Assembly: GCA_964632315.1 (NCBI GenBank)
Contig: CAZWEM010000027.1
Location: 33,614 to 55,541 of the forward strand
Reading direction: 5' to 3'
Source of the DNA: an uncultured archaeon
GTDB taxonomy: Archaea > Asgardarchaeota > Lokiarchaeia > Sigyniarchaeales > SOKP01
Length of the DNA stretch: 21,928 nt
The notes beneath the pieces are model-generated. The model did not search any database, was not told the DNA's origin, and saw only the letters and a list, made by a program, of their open reading frames with translations. Shown piece after piece: positions 9,488-18,975 of this stretch; position 1 is the stretch's first letter, and every line of letters starts with the position of its first letter. The position numbers and the translations under genes are program-made.

Positions 9488-10366
9488 ATTCTTTTTAATA
9501 GCCAAGATTAAATTTGGATATCGTTTTTGAATAAAAACTAAAATTATGTTAATTTTAAAAAAGTTAAAAAGCTTTTTACGCAAATTTAAGATACTTTTGA
9601 ATGTGATTATGAAATAATCCTTATATAAATCACCTTTTGAGAAATTAGGTAAATCAGTATTTAGTCTTCTCCAGTAAGTTTTATGTTTTGCAATATAGTG
9701 ATAGAAAAATGCTTCTGGTTGATTTTCAAATTGTGAAATTCCACTCTGATGCCTTCTATAGTAATACAAAGGCTGATCGATGAATTTGAAATCTGTAACT
9801 TCTTCTAACTTGTAAATTATATCTTTATCCACACTACGTTTCTGAGAAATTTCAAACCCAACAGTATTTTCATATATTTCCCTTCTAAATGACTTTAAAT
9901 GGAAAACTCTATGATTGAAAACAGTGGTTTTTTTAGAATCGATTGGTCCAGCGGTTTCTGAAGGTTTACAATCTTCAAGATTAGAGTCACAAATCCACAT
10001 GTTGCTATAAATAAACCCAAATCCAGAAAATTCAGAATATGCATCTGCTAAGACTTCTAAAGCTTTTTCGTGTAGTTTATCATCAGCATCAACGATACAT
10101 AATATATCTTTTGTAGCATTCATTGATGCCGTTTTTAAAGTACCCCCATAACCTAAATTTTTTTCGTGCTTTATTAGCTTAATATTTTCTCTATCAAGAT
10201 ATTTTTTAATGATCTCTAAAGAATTGTCTGATGAATTATCATCAACAATTACTAATTCCCAAAATTGATAACTTTGTTTTAGAACACTTTCTATCGCAAC
10301 TTCAATGTATTCAGAATTATTGTAATTTGCCATCAAAATTGAAAAATAAAGTTCTTTCTCATTCAT
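9443..10366 (-). CDS. GT2 family glycosyltransferase (soluble GT-A fold)
   Basis: SILMANYN, VDDNSSD, NLGYG, DADD, LYYYRRH. Confidence 0.9.
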   Translation of the reverse strand: MNEKELYFSILMANYNNSEYIEVAIESVLKQSYQFWELVIVDDNSSDNSLEIIKKYLDRENIKLIKHEKNLGYGGTLKTASMNATKDILCIVDADDKLHEKALEVLADAYSEFSGFGFIYSNMWICDSNLEDCKPSETAGPIDSKKTTVFNHRVFHLKSFRREIYENTVGFEISQKRSVDKDIIYKLEEVTDFKFIDQPLYYYRRHQSGISQFENQPEAFFYHYIAKHKTYWRRLNTDLPNFSKGDLYKDYFIITFKSILNLRKKLFNFFKINIILVFIQKRYPNLILAIKKNLSNEPFKSFFQSLF

Positions 10367-10426
10367 ACTTCAATTTTTTTTTAATCGTTTTATTCTTTTA
10401 AAGTGATTGAAATAAATTATAATAAA

Positions 10427-10696
10427 CTATGATTTTTGAAAAACTAAAAGAATCATATGACCACTTAATGTCTTCAATTTATGGTCTAAAAAATTTCTTA
10501 ACTTTTTAATATAGTTTGATTTAGTTTTGGAGAGCAAAACTAAGAATTTTTTAATGAAAAATTTAAACATAAAAACTTCATCTTTAAAACCCTTTATTCC
10601 ACCAAAAGGGGAGATATATTTCAGCTTGAAATTTAACTTTTCAAATGTTTTTATCACGTATTCTTCATCGTTGGTAAATTGATAAAAGTGTTCTAA
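10427..10696 (-). pseudogene. Probable C-terminal remnant of a gene, possibly a class I SAM methyltransferase
   Basis: The frame stays open upstream of the GTG at 10657 (..LEHFYQFTNDEEYVIKTFEKLNFKLKYISPFGGIKGFKDE...GHMILLVFQKS). It ends in a terminal beta-strand pattern resembling glycan-locus methyltransferases, has no SAM-binding motif, and abuts the flippase stop. Confidence 0.45.
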
Positions 10697-10697
10697 T

Positions 10698-12308
10698 TTA
10701 ACTTTTAGGAAATATGCGTTTAAAAATATCCATTATTTTTTGAATAAAGCGATTATTTGAATTTAAAATTGGTGTGATTTTTGCCAGTTGGTCGATTTCA
10801 TCTCGGGTTAGTATTTTTGTGAAATAAATTGTAATATAAATTATTATGGCAAATATCAAGAACCTAAATGCATCGTTAAATAGCATATCTATCAATGTAA
10901 TACCAAAAAATCTAAAGTTAATGAAAAAAGTTGATAAAAAAGTTATTGAGATAGCCACTATAAATATCCCTACTGGAATCAATAAGTTTTTAAGATTAAT
11001 CCTAAAATCTGTATTTTTATTAACTAATATTATTGAATAAATTATAGAAATGTAAGCGATAATTACATAGAACAGAATTAGGAAAAAGAAATCAAAAAAT
11101 ATCAGAGCAATATAAGTAAATACAATCCTTAGAGCCATTTCAAATAAGTTGGATTTTAAATTAATTATGGTATGATTCGTCGAGTTTGCTATTAACATAA
11201 GACCTCTTAACATTATTCGTGAGAAAGCAGTAAAAATAAATATAAGAATTGCGGTTAAAATCCCTAAATAGATTTTGGAGTAGATCAATAATACGTATAC
11301 ATCAGTAAAAAAGAAGACGGCTGCTGTGATTATCCCAAGTAAGATCGCTAATAATTTAAACATCTGATAAAAAATTCTTTCAAATCGTGATTTATCTTCT
11401 TTATCGTGTACATCTGAGAAAATCGTAAGGAATTTTGACTTATCTGATCCAGAAAATTTGAGAATTATATTTACTACACTATTACAAATTGCCAAATATG
11501 TAATATATTCAACTAAACCAAAGTTTAAAAATAAGAAATTCATAAATAAAGTTGCTATTTGACCAACAAAAGTAGCTAAGACCAAATTTAAACCGTATTT
11601 CGTTTGTGACTTGAATATGTATTCTCCACTTTCACTCTTAGGAATTGGAGAATTGCTCTTAGGAATGAGTGGAATAATCATTATTGATGCAACAATAAAA
11701 GGGATCAATCCTGAAAATACGTGTGTAAGTGAAACTAAAAAAATCGCTGGCTTTTGTTGGAAAATAAAAACAAACGTGAGCAGTATGGTCATAGTAACTG
11801 AATTTATTAAACTGATTATAAATCTTGATTTAAACTTCTGAAAACCAATTAGGATTGCGTTATTAATGCTATTTATTACTTGGAAAAAAATCAAGGGAGA
11901 TAAAGTAAAAACTATTAACAATAATAATGAGTTTAAATTTGAAAATGAAAATATCAAAATATATACAATAAACGCAATTATAACGCTTATTAACTTTATT
12001 TTGTAGACATGAATTATGTATTTTCTTAAATGAGATTTTTGTTCATCCGTGTTGGATAGTCTTGGGATGTAATATTGTAACGTTGATTCTATTCCAGGGG
12101 GAAAAAAGTTGCATAGCAAGGCAGTAAAATTTATAAATGACATCGCTAAGATAAGCTGACCCCATATCTCAGGTGATAATAAGCGTGCAATATAAAAAGT
12201 ATAGATTAAAGTAAAAAAGAAACTTGAATATACATCTAAAAAACCAAAAGCACTGCTTTCAACAATCTTTTTATGAAATTTTGACATCTTCTCGTACAGA
12301 TAAATCAA
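10698..12308 (-). CDS. Wzx/MOP-family oligosaccharide flippase; start may be ATG 12287
   Basis: Roughly 12-14 hydrophobic segments, IARLLSPEIWG (ARxLxPxxxG Wzx motif), ILIGFQKFK, glycan locus context. Confidence 0.88.
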   Translation of the reverse strand: MIYLYEKMSKFHKKIVESSAFGFLDVYSSFFFTLIYTFYIARLLSPEIWGQLILAMSFINFTALLCNFFPPGIESTLQYYIPRLSNTDEQKSHLRKYIIHVYKIKLISVIIAFIVYILIFSFSNLNSLLLLIVFTLSPLIFFQVINSINNAILIGFQKFKSRFIISLINSVTMTILLTFVFIFQQKPAIFLVSLTHVFSGLIPFIVASIMIIPLIPKSNSPIPKSESGEYIFKSQTKYGLNLVLATFVGQIATLFMNFLFLNFGLVEYITYLAICNSVVNIILKFSGSDKSKFLTIFSDVHDKEDKSRFERIFYQMFKLLAILLGIITAAVFFFTDVYVLLIYSKIYLGILTAILIFIFTAFSRIMLRGLMLIANSTNHTIINLKSNLFEMALRIVFTYIALIFFDFFFLILFYVIIAYISIIYSIILVNKNTDFRINLKNLLIPVGIFIVAISITFLSTFFINFRFFGITLIDMLFNDAFRFLIFAIIIYITIYFTKILTRDEIDQLAKITPILNSNNRFIQKIMDIFKRIFPKS

Positions 12309-12453
12309 TTCGATAATTAATAAATATTTTTTTGAAAGATTTTACTTGAGCTATCATATTTTAACATTATTAGAACTCCTTATTTATGTGGTTAATTTGG
12401 CTTAAATTCATGACTATTTACAACATGTAAATCTTATCAAATGAATGATAACT

Positions 12454-12517
12454 TAATTATAATTTGAATCTTAAATCATAACACTATAGAGTTTACATTA
12501 AATTCAATTTATAATTA
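12454..12517. repeat. Imperfect inverted repeat in the intergenic region upstream of the flippase
   Basis: taattataatttgaat (12454-12469) pairs with attcaatttataatta (12502-12517) at 15/16 positions, around a central aac-a-ctatag-a-gtt palindrome. Confidence 0.4.
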
Positions 12518-12666
12518 GATTAAATTACATAAAATCCCGATAAAATTATTATGTGATATATTGAGTTACTGAATAAGAATAGGATAAAGAATATTATATC
12601 TATTCTAATCTTTTACAGCAGGATCTTAATGAAAACTTATCTTTACATAGTGAGATAAAAAAATTC

Positions 12667-13308
12667 TCATTCTGATTTTTTCTCAACATGAGCCCAAATT
12701 TCACCAAATTGAATAGAATGGGAAATAATTTTCAATCCTACCTGATTCATCTCCTTTTCAAAAGTTTCATAAGTATATTCAACACAATGTGAATTATCTA
12801 AGCGATATTCTATATTTAATTCTTTTTCATATAAAACAATCCATGATCGATTGATCATTGGGACTCTAATCAATATTGTGCTGGCTAAATTCTTGATATT
12901 TAGTAAAAATTCAATTCTATTCTTAACATGTTCTAAAACATTTGACAAAATAATGTAATCAAAATGTTCCTGAAATTGATACTTTGTAGCATCTCCAACG
13001 ATATATTTAATATTATCTTTTTGAAAATGAGCTTGAGCCATTCTTATTGAATTCTGATTTATATCAATGCCAATAATTGTTTTTGCTTTATTAGCTAATT
13101 GATAGTCTAGTTCCCCATGACCACATCCAATATCTAAAACTTTAGACCCCTCACTGATTAACCTTAGAAAATATTCATAATACGCTAATATCCTGTGCTT
13201 TGGGTGAACTCCACCATTGATTTTTCTTGCTAAGAAACTTATTCTTTTATAAAGATAATTATATAGCTTTAGCAAAAACTTAATTTGAATTAAATCGAAT
13301 GATCTCAT
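12667..13308 (-). CDS. Class I SAM-dependent methyltransferase
   Basis: VLDIGCGHG motif I, IGIDI, GDA, FDYIILSNVLEHV. Confidence 0.9.
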   Translation of the reverse strand: MRSFDLIQIKFLLKLYNYLYKRISFLARKINGGVHPKHRILAYYEYFLRLISEGSKVLDIGCGHGELDYQLANKAKTIIGIDINQNSIRMAQAHFQKDNIKYIVGDATKYQFQEHFDYIILSNVLEHVKNRIEFLLNIKNLASTILIRVPMINRSWIVLYEKELNIEYRLDNSHCVEYTYETFEKEMNQVGLKIISHSIQFGEIWAHVEKKSE

Positions 13309-13497
13309 TGTCTAAAATAACTTTTTATCGCTCTTATTTCTATTAATTTAAACTGTTTTAAATATTATTTATACTTTTTAAATTACACGTCAATAGTTTT
13401 TTAGGAAGCATTAATTGTAAATTTATTAAACATTTTTAGCATCCATATTTTAGGATGCAAATGATAATTTAATTAAAGATAACTAAGAGAATTAAAC

Positions 13498-14655
13498 TTG
13501 AAGGTTCTTTTACTTTTTACTTACAACAGATCTCTCGATTTGTGGAATAAAATCGGAATTTTAAATAGGGAAGTTGCACTATATAAACGATTGCTAAAAC
13601 AAAATATAAATATTACATTTTTAACTTATGGTGGTAAATCAGACTTACAATTTGGCTCATTAATGAATAATATTAGGGTATTACCAATAAAAGATTTAAT
13701 AAAATCTCGGAATCGATGGATTAAGGTCCTTAAGTCTTTACTTTTAGCATTCAAATTAAAGAAAGAAATGAAGGAAATGGATATTATTAAAACTAACCAA
13801 TTAGAAGGTAGTTGGGTGGGTTGGATACTTAAAATCCTATATCGTAAAAAACTAATCGTGAGAGGGGGCTTCGAATGGTTGAAATTCTATCTTCTTAATA
13901 AGGAGGATGAAAAAAAACCTTTAATTAAATTTTGGTTAGGATATTTTTGGAGATTTTTTATTGAGTTTATATCCTATAGATTAGCAGATGAGATTTTCAT
14001 TACAAATCCGGTTGATATTGAATTTATCATAAAAAAATTCAAATTAAAGAATAAGAAAGATAAAATCCATTTAATATACAACTTCATTGACACTGATCTC
14101 TTTAAACCACTCAATTTTGATAAATATAATAAACGAATATTATTTATTGGAAGATTAAATCCCCAGAAAAACCTAATTAATCTGATCGACGCTTTTAAAT
14201 ATTTAGAAGGTTATTCCTTAGATATTATAGGAGAAGGATCGCTTAAATACACTTTAAGTGAAAGAGCAAGAAAAAATGGGATAAATATTGAATTTTTAGG
14301 CGAATTTCCAAATAAACTTCTTCCTGAACTGATAAATAAATACCAGATTTTTATTTTACCCTCATATTATGAGGGAAACCCTAAAGTATTATTAGAAACC
14401 ATGAGTTGTGGCATAGCTTGCATCGGTTCGGATGTTTGGGGAATAAATAATATTATTGAGCATCAATTTAACGGATATTTATGTAAAACCACTCCAGAAT
14501 CAATCGCAAATGCAATTGAATCCGTATACAATGATAAAGCCATGAGGAAAAAAATAGGAAAAAATGCTAGGCAATTTGTTATTACAAATTGTTCTTTAGA
14601 ATCGATATCTAATAAAGAATATTCAATCTATGACAAGCTTTTGAGTAAATTTTAA
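13498..14655 (+). CDS. GT4 family glycosyltransferase
   Basis: NFIDTDLF, LFIGRLNPQKN, LPSYYEGNPKVLLE (EX7E), MSCG, NGYL. Confidence 0.92.
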   Translation: MKVLLLFTYNRSLDLWNKIGILNREVALYKRLLKQNINITFLTYGGKSDLQFGSLMNNIRVLPIKDLIKSRNRWIKVLKSLLLAFKLKKEMKEMDIIKTNQLEGSWVGWILKILYRKKLIVRGGFEWLKFYLLNKEDEKKPLIKFWLGYFWRFFIEFISYRLADEIFITNPVDIEFIIKKFKLKNKKDKIHLIYNFIDTDLFKPLNFDKYNKRILFIGRLNPQKNLINLIDAFKYLEGYSLDIIGEGSLKYTLSERARKNGINIEFLGEFPNKLLPELINKYQIFILPSYYEGNPKVLLETMSCGIACIGSDVWGINNIIEHQFNGYLCKTTPESIANAIESVYNDKAMRKKIGKNARQFVITNCSLESISNKEYSIYDKLLSKF

Positions 14656-14761
14656 AATTTTTATACTTGTACAGCATACAATATATTATCAACGTTAAAC
14701 GTGAAGTTATATTAATTTTGAGATTAAATTAAATCGAAAATATAAGATTTTAATAATAATA

Positions 14762-17700
14762 TTGGTAAGTGTTATTTTTGCTTTTATCTACTTTACCTTT
14801 TTAATTCAAAGCTATATCATTCCTAACGCTTATAATATTCCAATTGTAGTGTTTATTGGATATTCAATAATAATAGGTCTTTATTTTTTTTTCTTTATTC
14901 TCAAAGAACGTGATTTATCAAAGAGTTACCAAATCAAGTTTGTCAGTGAGGATTTGTTTAAGATTACCCTTATTATACTTATGGTAATAACATACTTCAT
15001 TCCTCCAATATCTTTCTCAGATGTTATAGTCGATTGGGGTGAAGTTGGATTTTTAAATTACATTAGAAGCATAACTTTGCTTCTCGGATGCTTATACATT
15101 CCTGGTTCAAGTCTCTATAATTTATTCCTTAGTAAAATTGACATTCCAAGCAAATTGAATGTTGAGCCATTTTTAATTAAAATAACCTTTTACCCTCTTT
15201 TGTCTCTTTCCTTAATAGGGACTTCTACTCTTATTTTTGAAAAATTAGGATTACAGAGAGATTATTTCACTTATCCTCTTTTCTCTATTATTTTAATCCT
15301 ATATTTTATAGAGTACTTTTTAAGAAAAAGATCCTCTGTTTCCACTAAGTTTAAAAAAATATTAAATTTGAATATATCAAAATCTACAATAGTTGTTCTC
15401 TTTCTCTGTCTTTCAGTTATCATTATTGGATTGGGCTTTTTTATAGTCGCCCCATATGGACTCCGAGAAGATCCACATAGAGGTATAATGTATGCTCAAC
15501 TTGTAGGTTTAAAGGATACGCCTTCATATGGTGTGTATTGTATCTTCTGGGGTTATATTTCTTTTGGTTTAAGCGAATTAAGTGGATTACCAGCTATTAA
15601 TGTCAATGCAATACTTTTTCCTTTATTATATCTCTTCATTTCAAGTCTTTATATCTTTTACAAAGCCTTAATGAATAAAAATATACATACACGAACTGCT
15701 ATTTTTGCATTACTATTGTTTGTAACTTTTTCTGAATTTTCTAATTTTATTGATAGCGAAACCGAATTAATTAATATTACTTACTTGTTTATCGATACCT
15801 TATTTATGCTCACGTTTAAAGGAATAGCGTTCTTTTCATTTTCCGTCTCAATCACATTATTTACTCTCCTTTTTAAGACACAAGAGGAAAGAGATTCTAA
15901 ATTCAATCCAAAACAAATTGATTCAATTCATTCAAAAAACGAAAGAAATGCAGAAATTATATTGATATTCGCGGGAAGCTGGTTTCTAATACAAAGTTTC
16001 TTATTATACATTTTTCCTGTTTTAATAGCTTTTATTTTCATGATAATTTATTCGATTTTTTCTAGTAAAAAGGAAAAGAACTTCAATTTTACATCTTATA
16101 GCGTTGTTAGTTTTATATTAATATTCACATTATTCGATATCCTATCGAATTTCTTCTATAGCAATACAATACAAGGGATTTTGGCAACCTTTTTTGGAAA
16201 TTTATATCCATTTACTTATTCAGATAATATTAAAACCATATTTTTTTATTCATTCTTATTGATTTTGGTAATCATATGGTTAGGTACATCAAAGCTATAT
16301 GTGAAGATTTCGAAACATCTCTTTAGAGTTTCCGAAAAAAAGAGGGATTATCGTTTCATCATTATAGTATTGATGATTATTTTTATAGGCTTTTTTATTT
16401 TAGAAATAATTTTGAACCTGATGTTCACCAAAAGAAGACTATACTTGTTTACTTATTCATTGCATTTAATATTTGTAAATCTTGGGTTTTTAGGGATTAT
16501 GGTCTTTCTTTTTATGCCATTGATTTTTAAACATGAAGAGAAGCTCTTTTCAATCCTATTTTCTTGGTTTATCATTATTTTTCTCATTTCTTCAGTATTG
16601 CTAGTTAAATGGATAGTAAGGCCTTATCCATATCTTACTATGTTTTCGGATTTTTTTATTATAGAATACTGGTTTAGTCGTTATAGCTTTTATAGTATTA
16701 TCCCACTATCTATTCTAGGGGCTATATTAATCGTAAATTTACAAAAGATTAAATTTAGAATAAAGATGTCTAAAAAAGTCAAAAATATTTTCCAATACCT
16801 CATAATTTCAACGTTAATTATTTTTTTAGTTTCAAATAATATTCAATCAGCTATAGACAAATATAATACGAAACAATTAAATGATAATGAAGCTAAGATG
16901 ATAGGATGGATTTCTGATAATATTCCCTTTAAAGAATCGATATTGGTTGATAATAGCATTTATTACACGTATGTTCGAGATTTCTTGTTCAATAAAAGAG
17001 CAAGATTAGACTTAGAAGTAGATAATATCCTAAACAATTATGAATTTCTTACAGTAATGAATGAAAAAGATCATAATTGTTCAATAATGCTATACGAAAA
17101 ATTAGGGGAAAATGTGAATGTCTTGGAATTTCAAGATAATAACAATAGCGGAAAAGTTTCGAGCTCTGTTGCTTTTGAACAATCTTACCAATCAGGGTGG
17201 ATAAGTTTTGATTATATGACTTCCAATAGCACAAAAAATTTTAATATTAATTTATATGCAGCTTTATATGCTCAAGTTGCAATTCAGTTATCTATTTCAT
17301 CGAAAGAATTACGTTATTTTAATGGAACGAATTATCAAAAAATTGCAAATATTGATAAGAATAAATGGTATTCATTCAAAATTTTTTTTGAAACATCAGA
17401 TTTAAATAACTATAATCTAACAAAATATCAATGGAAGGTTTTAATCAATGGTACTGATTATGGAGTTTATCCTTTTCTAAATAGTATTCCTAATATTTTT
17501 TTGTTTCAAATTAGTACTTCTAACAGTGACTATAATTGGTCCAATTTTCTCACTAATTTTCATTTCTCTTGGAATGTTCCAAGCATTTTTGAATATAATA
17601 TCATTAAATACCCATTGATAATAAAAGAGTTACGAAAAATGAATATCAATTATTTCATTTTATCAGAAAAAGACTCTCTAATTAAACAGAGAATAAAGGA

Positions 17701-17791
17701 AGACATTGATATTCAAAATGAATTAATCCCTCATTTTTATAATCGAAGCATTTTTCACCAAAATGGAATAACTATATATTCTACTTCATAA
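14762..17791 (+). CDS. Large polytopic membrane protein, putative GT-C-like glycosyltransferase with extracellular C-terminal domain
   Basis: Many TM segments over aa 1-~690, acidic ED in an external loop (REDPH), WFSRY near the last TMs. The soluble tail has 'AKMIGWISDNIP..SILVD ... LRKMNINYFIL', resembling GT-C/STT3-like C-terminal domains. No WWDYG motif. Confidence 0.6.
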   Translation: MVSVIFAFIYFTFLIQSYIIPNAYNIPIVVFIGYSIIIGLYFFFFILKERDLSKSYQIKFVSEDLFKITLIILMVITYFIPPISFSDVIVDWGEVGFLNYIRSITLLLGCLYIPGSSLYNLFLSKIDIPSKLNVEPFLIKITFYPLLSLSLIGTSTLIFEKLGLQRDYFTYPLFSIILILYFIEYFLRKRSSVSTKFKKILNLNISKSTIVVLFLCLSVIIIGLGFFIVAPYGLREDPHRGIMYAQLVGLKDTPSYGVYCIFWGYISFGLSELSGLPAINVNAILFPLLYLFISSLYIFYKALMNKNIHTRTAIFALLLFVTFSEFSNFIDSETELINITYLFIDTLFMLTFKGIAFFSFSVSITLFTLLFKTQEERDSKFNPKQIDSIHSKNERNAEIILIFAGSWFLIQSFLLYIFPVLIAFIFMIIYSIFSSKKEKNFNFTSYSVVSFILIFTLFDILSNFFYSNTIQGILATFFGNLYPFTYSDNIKTIFFYSFLLILVIIWLGTSKLYVKISKHLFRVSEKKRDYRFIIIVLMIIFIGFFILEIILNLMFTKRRLYLFTYSLHLIFVNLGFLGIMVFLFMPLIFKHEEKLFSILFSWFIIIFLISSVLLVKWIVRPYPYLTMFSDFFIIEYWFSRYSFYSIIPLSILGAILIVNLQKIKFRIKMSKKVKNIFQYLIISTLIIFLVSNNIQSAIDKYNTKQLNDNEAKMIGWISDNIPFKESILVDNSIYYTYVRDFLFNKRARLDLEVDNILNNYEFLTVMNEKDHNCSIMLYEKLGENVNVLEFQDNNNSGKVSSSVAFEQSYQSGWISFDYMTSNSTKNFNINLYAALYAQVAIQLSISSKELRYFNGTNYQKIANIDKNKWYSFKIFFETSDLNNYNLTKYQWKVLINGTDYGVYPFLNSIPNIFLFQISTSNSDYNWSNFLTNFHFSWNVPSIFEYNIIKYPLIIKELRKMNINYFILSEKDSLIKQRIKEDIDIQNELIPHFYNRSIFHQNGITIYSTS

Positions 17792-17865
17792 AAGTCCAGT
17801 TTTAAAAAGAAATTTTATAATTTTGTTTTAATTACACTTATAATTAAAGAAATTATAAAAGTAAA

Positions 17866-18894
17866 ATGGAATCAGTTCTAATAACAGGGGCAGATGGATT
17901 CATTGGATCTCATCTTACGGATGAATACCTCAATCATAACTACAATGTAATTGCATTAAAAAGGCCTAAAGTACCTATAAAGAATTTAAATCATTTAATA
18001 AAAAATTCAACAAGTATAAAAGAAATAATTCAAGCTAGAAGATTTAAAGGAATTCCATCTATAAATCCGGATCTTACTCTTCTAGAATGTGATTTAAATG
18101 ATAAAAATTACCTTGAAAGTATCATATCACACTTTAAACCACAAATATTACTCCATTTTGGAGCGCAGTCTTTAGTGCTACGATCATGGGAAGCGCCTCA
18201 TGAGACTTTTCGAACAAATGTGATTGGGACTATAAACATTTTTGAAGCGGTTAAAAAACATAATCTTCAATCTAGAATTATAGTCGCTTGTTCTAGTGCA
18301 GAATATGGGACGACAACAAAACTGAATCGACCTTTGAAAGAAGAAGATCCTTTATTGGCCATACATCCTTATGGAATAAGTAAAGTTGCAGTAGAGTTGT
18401 TATCCCGTCAATATTACATTAACTTTGGTATTGATTCAATAAACCTTCGACTTTTTAATCAGACTGGACCCCGAAAAACAGACGATGCATGTTCAGATTT
18501 TGTTCGAGAAATCGTGAAAATAGAATTAGGATTAAAAAAACCAGAAATTCAAGTGGGAAATTTAAATACGTATCGAGATATCACAGGCATTCAAGATACA
18601 ATTCAAGCAATTTCTTTAGCGGTTAGCAAGGGTACATCTGGTGAGACATACAATGTATGCTCAGGTCGTAAAATTAAGATAAGGGATGTTTTAAATATAG
18701 TTTTAAGTTTTAGTAGTAAAAAGATAAAAATCAAAGAACAATTCAAAGAAAAACTGAGAAAAACTGATGAAGATATTATCATTGGGGATAATGCTAAAAT
18801 CAAAACAGAATTGGGGTGGAAGATTTCAATCCCTTTAGAAACAGTATTAAAACAGATGTATGACTATTGGATGGAAACCTATAAAAATTCATAA
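17866..18894 (+). CDS. Gmd/Rmd-family extended SDR, most like GDP-4-keto-6-deoxy-D-mannose reductase (Rmd)
   Basis: GADGFIG, AQSLVLRSW, TNVIGT, SSAEYG, PYGISK, FNQTGP, SDFVREIVKIE, VGNLNTYRD, YNVCSG. Confidence 0.75.
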   Translation: MESVLITGADGFIGSHLTDEYLNHNYNVIALKRPKVPIKNLNHLIKNSTSIKEIIQARRFKGIPSINPDLTLLECDLNDKNYLESIISHFKPQILLHFGAQSLVLRSWEAPHETFRTNVIGTINIFEAVKKHNLQSRIIVACSSAEYGTTTKLNRPLKEEDPLLAIHPYGISKVAVELLSRQYYINFGIDSINLRLFNQTGPRKTDDACSDFVREIVKIELGLKKPEIQVGNLNTYRDITGIQDTIQAISLAVSKGTSGETYNVCSGRKIKIRDVLNIVLSFSSKKIKIKEQFKEKLRKTDEDIIIGDNAKIKTELGWKISIPLETVLKQMYDYWMETYKNS

Positions 18895-18920
18895 CTTTCA
18901 AAATCATTCTAAAAGGAATA

Positions 18921-18960
18921 TTTTTTAATGATATTTAATTATATTTAATTAAAATTTATT
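18921..18960 (+). promoter_or_regulatory. 10-bp phased direct repeats upstream of the RHH-sat operon (candidate promoter/operator)
   Basis: ttttttaatg / atatttaatt / atatttaatt / aaaatttatt, ending 15 nt before the RHH ATG. The background is very AT-rich. Confidence 0.3.
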
Positions 18961-18975
18961 TTAACGTGAATATTT

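Noticed and set aside
1448-12488. Shared 10-mer TAACACTATA in two intergenic regions (1448-1457 and 12479-12488)
   Set aside because: Only two copies of an AT-rich 10-mer, which is not enough to call a regulon motif.
14762-17791. AglB/STT3 oligosaccharyltransferase call
   Set aside because: The diagnostic WWDYG motif is absent; only general GT-C-like features are present.
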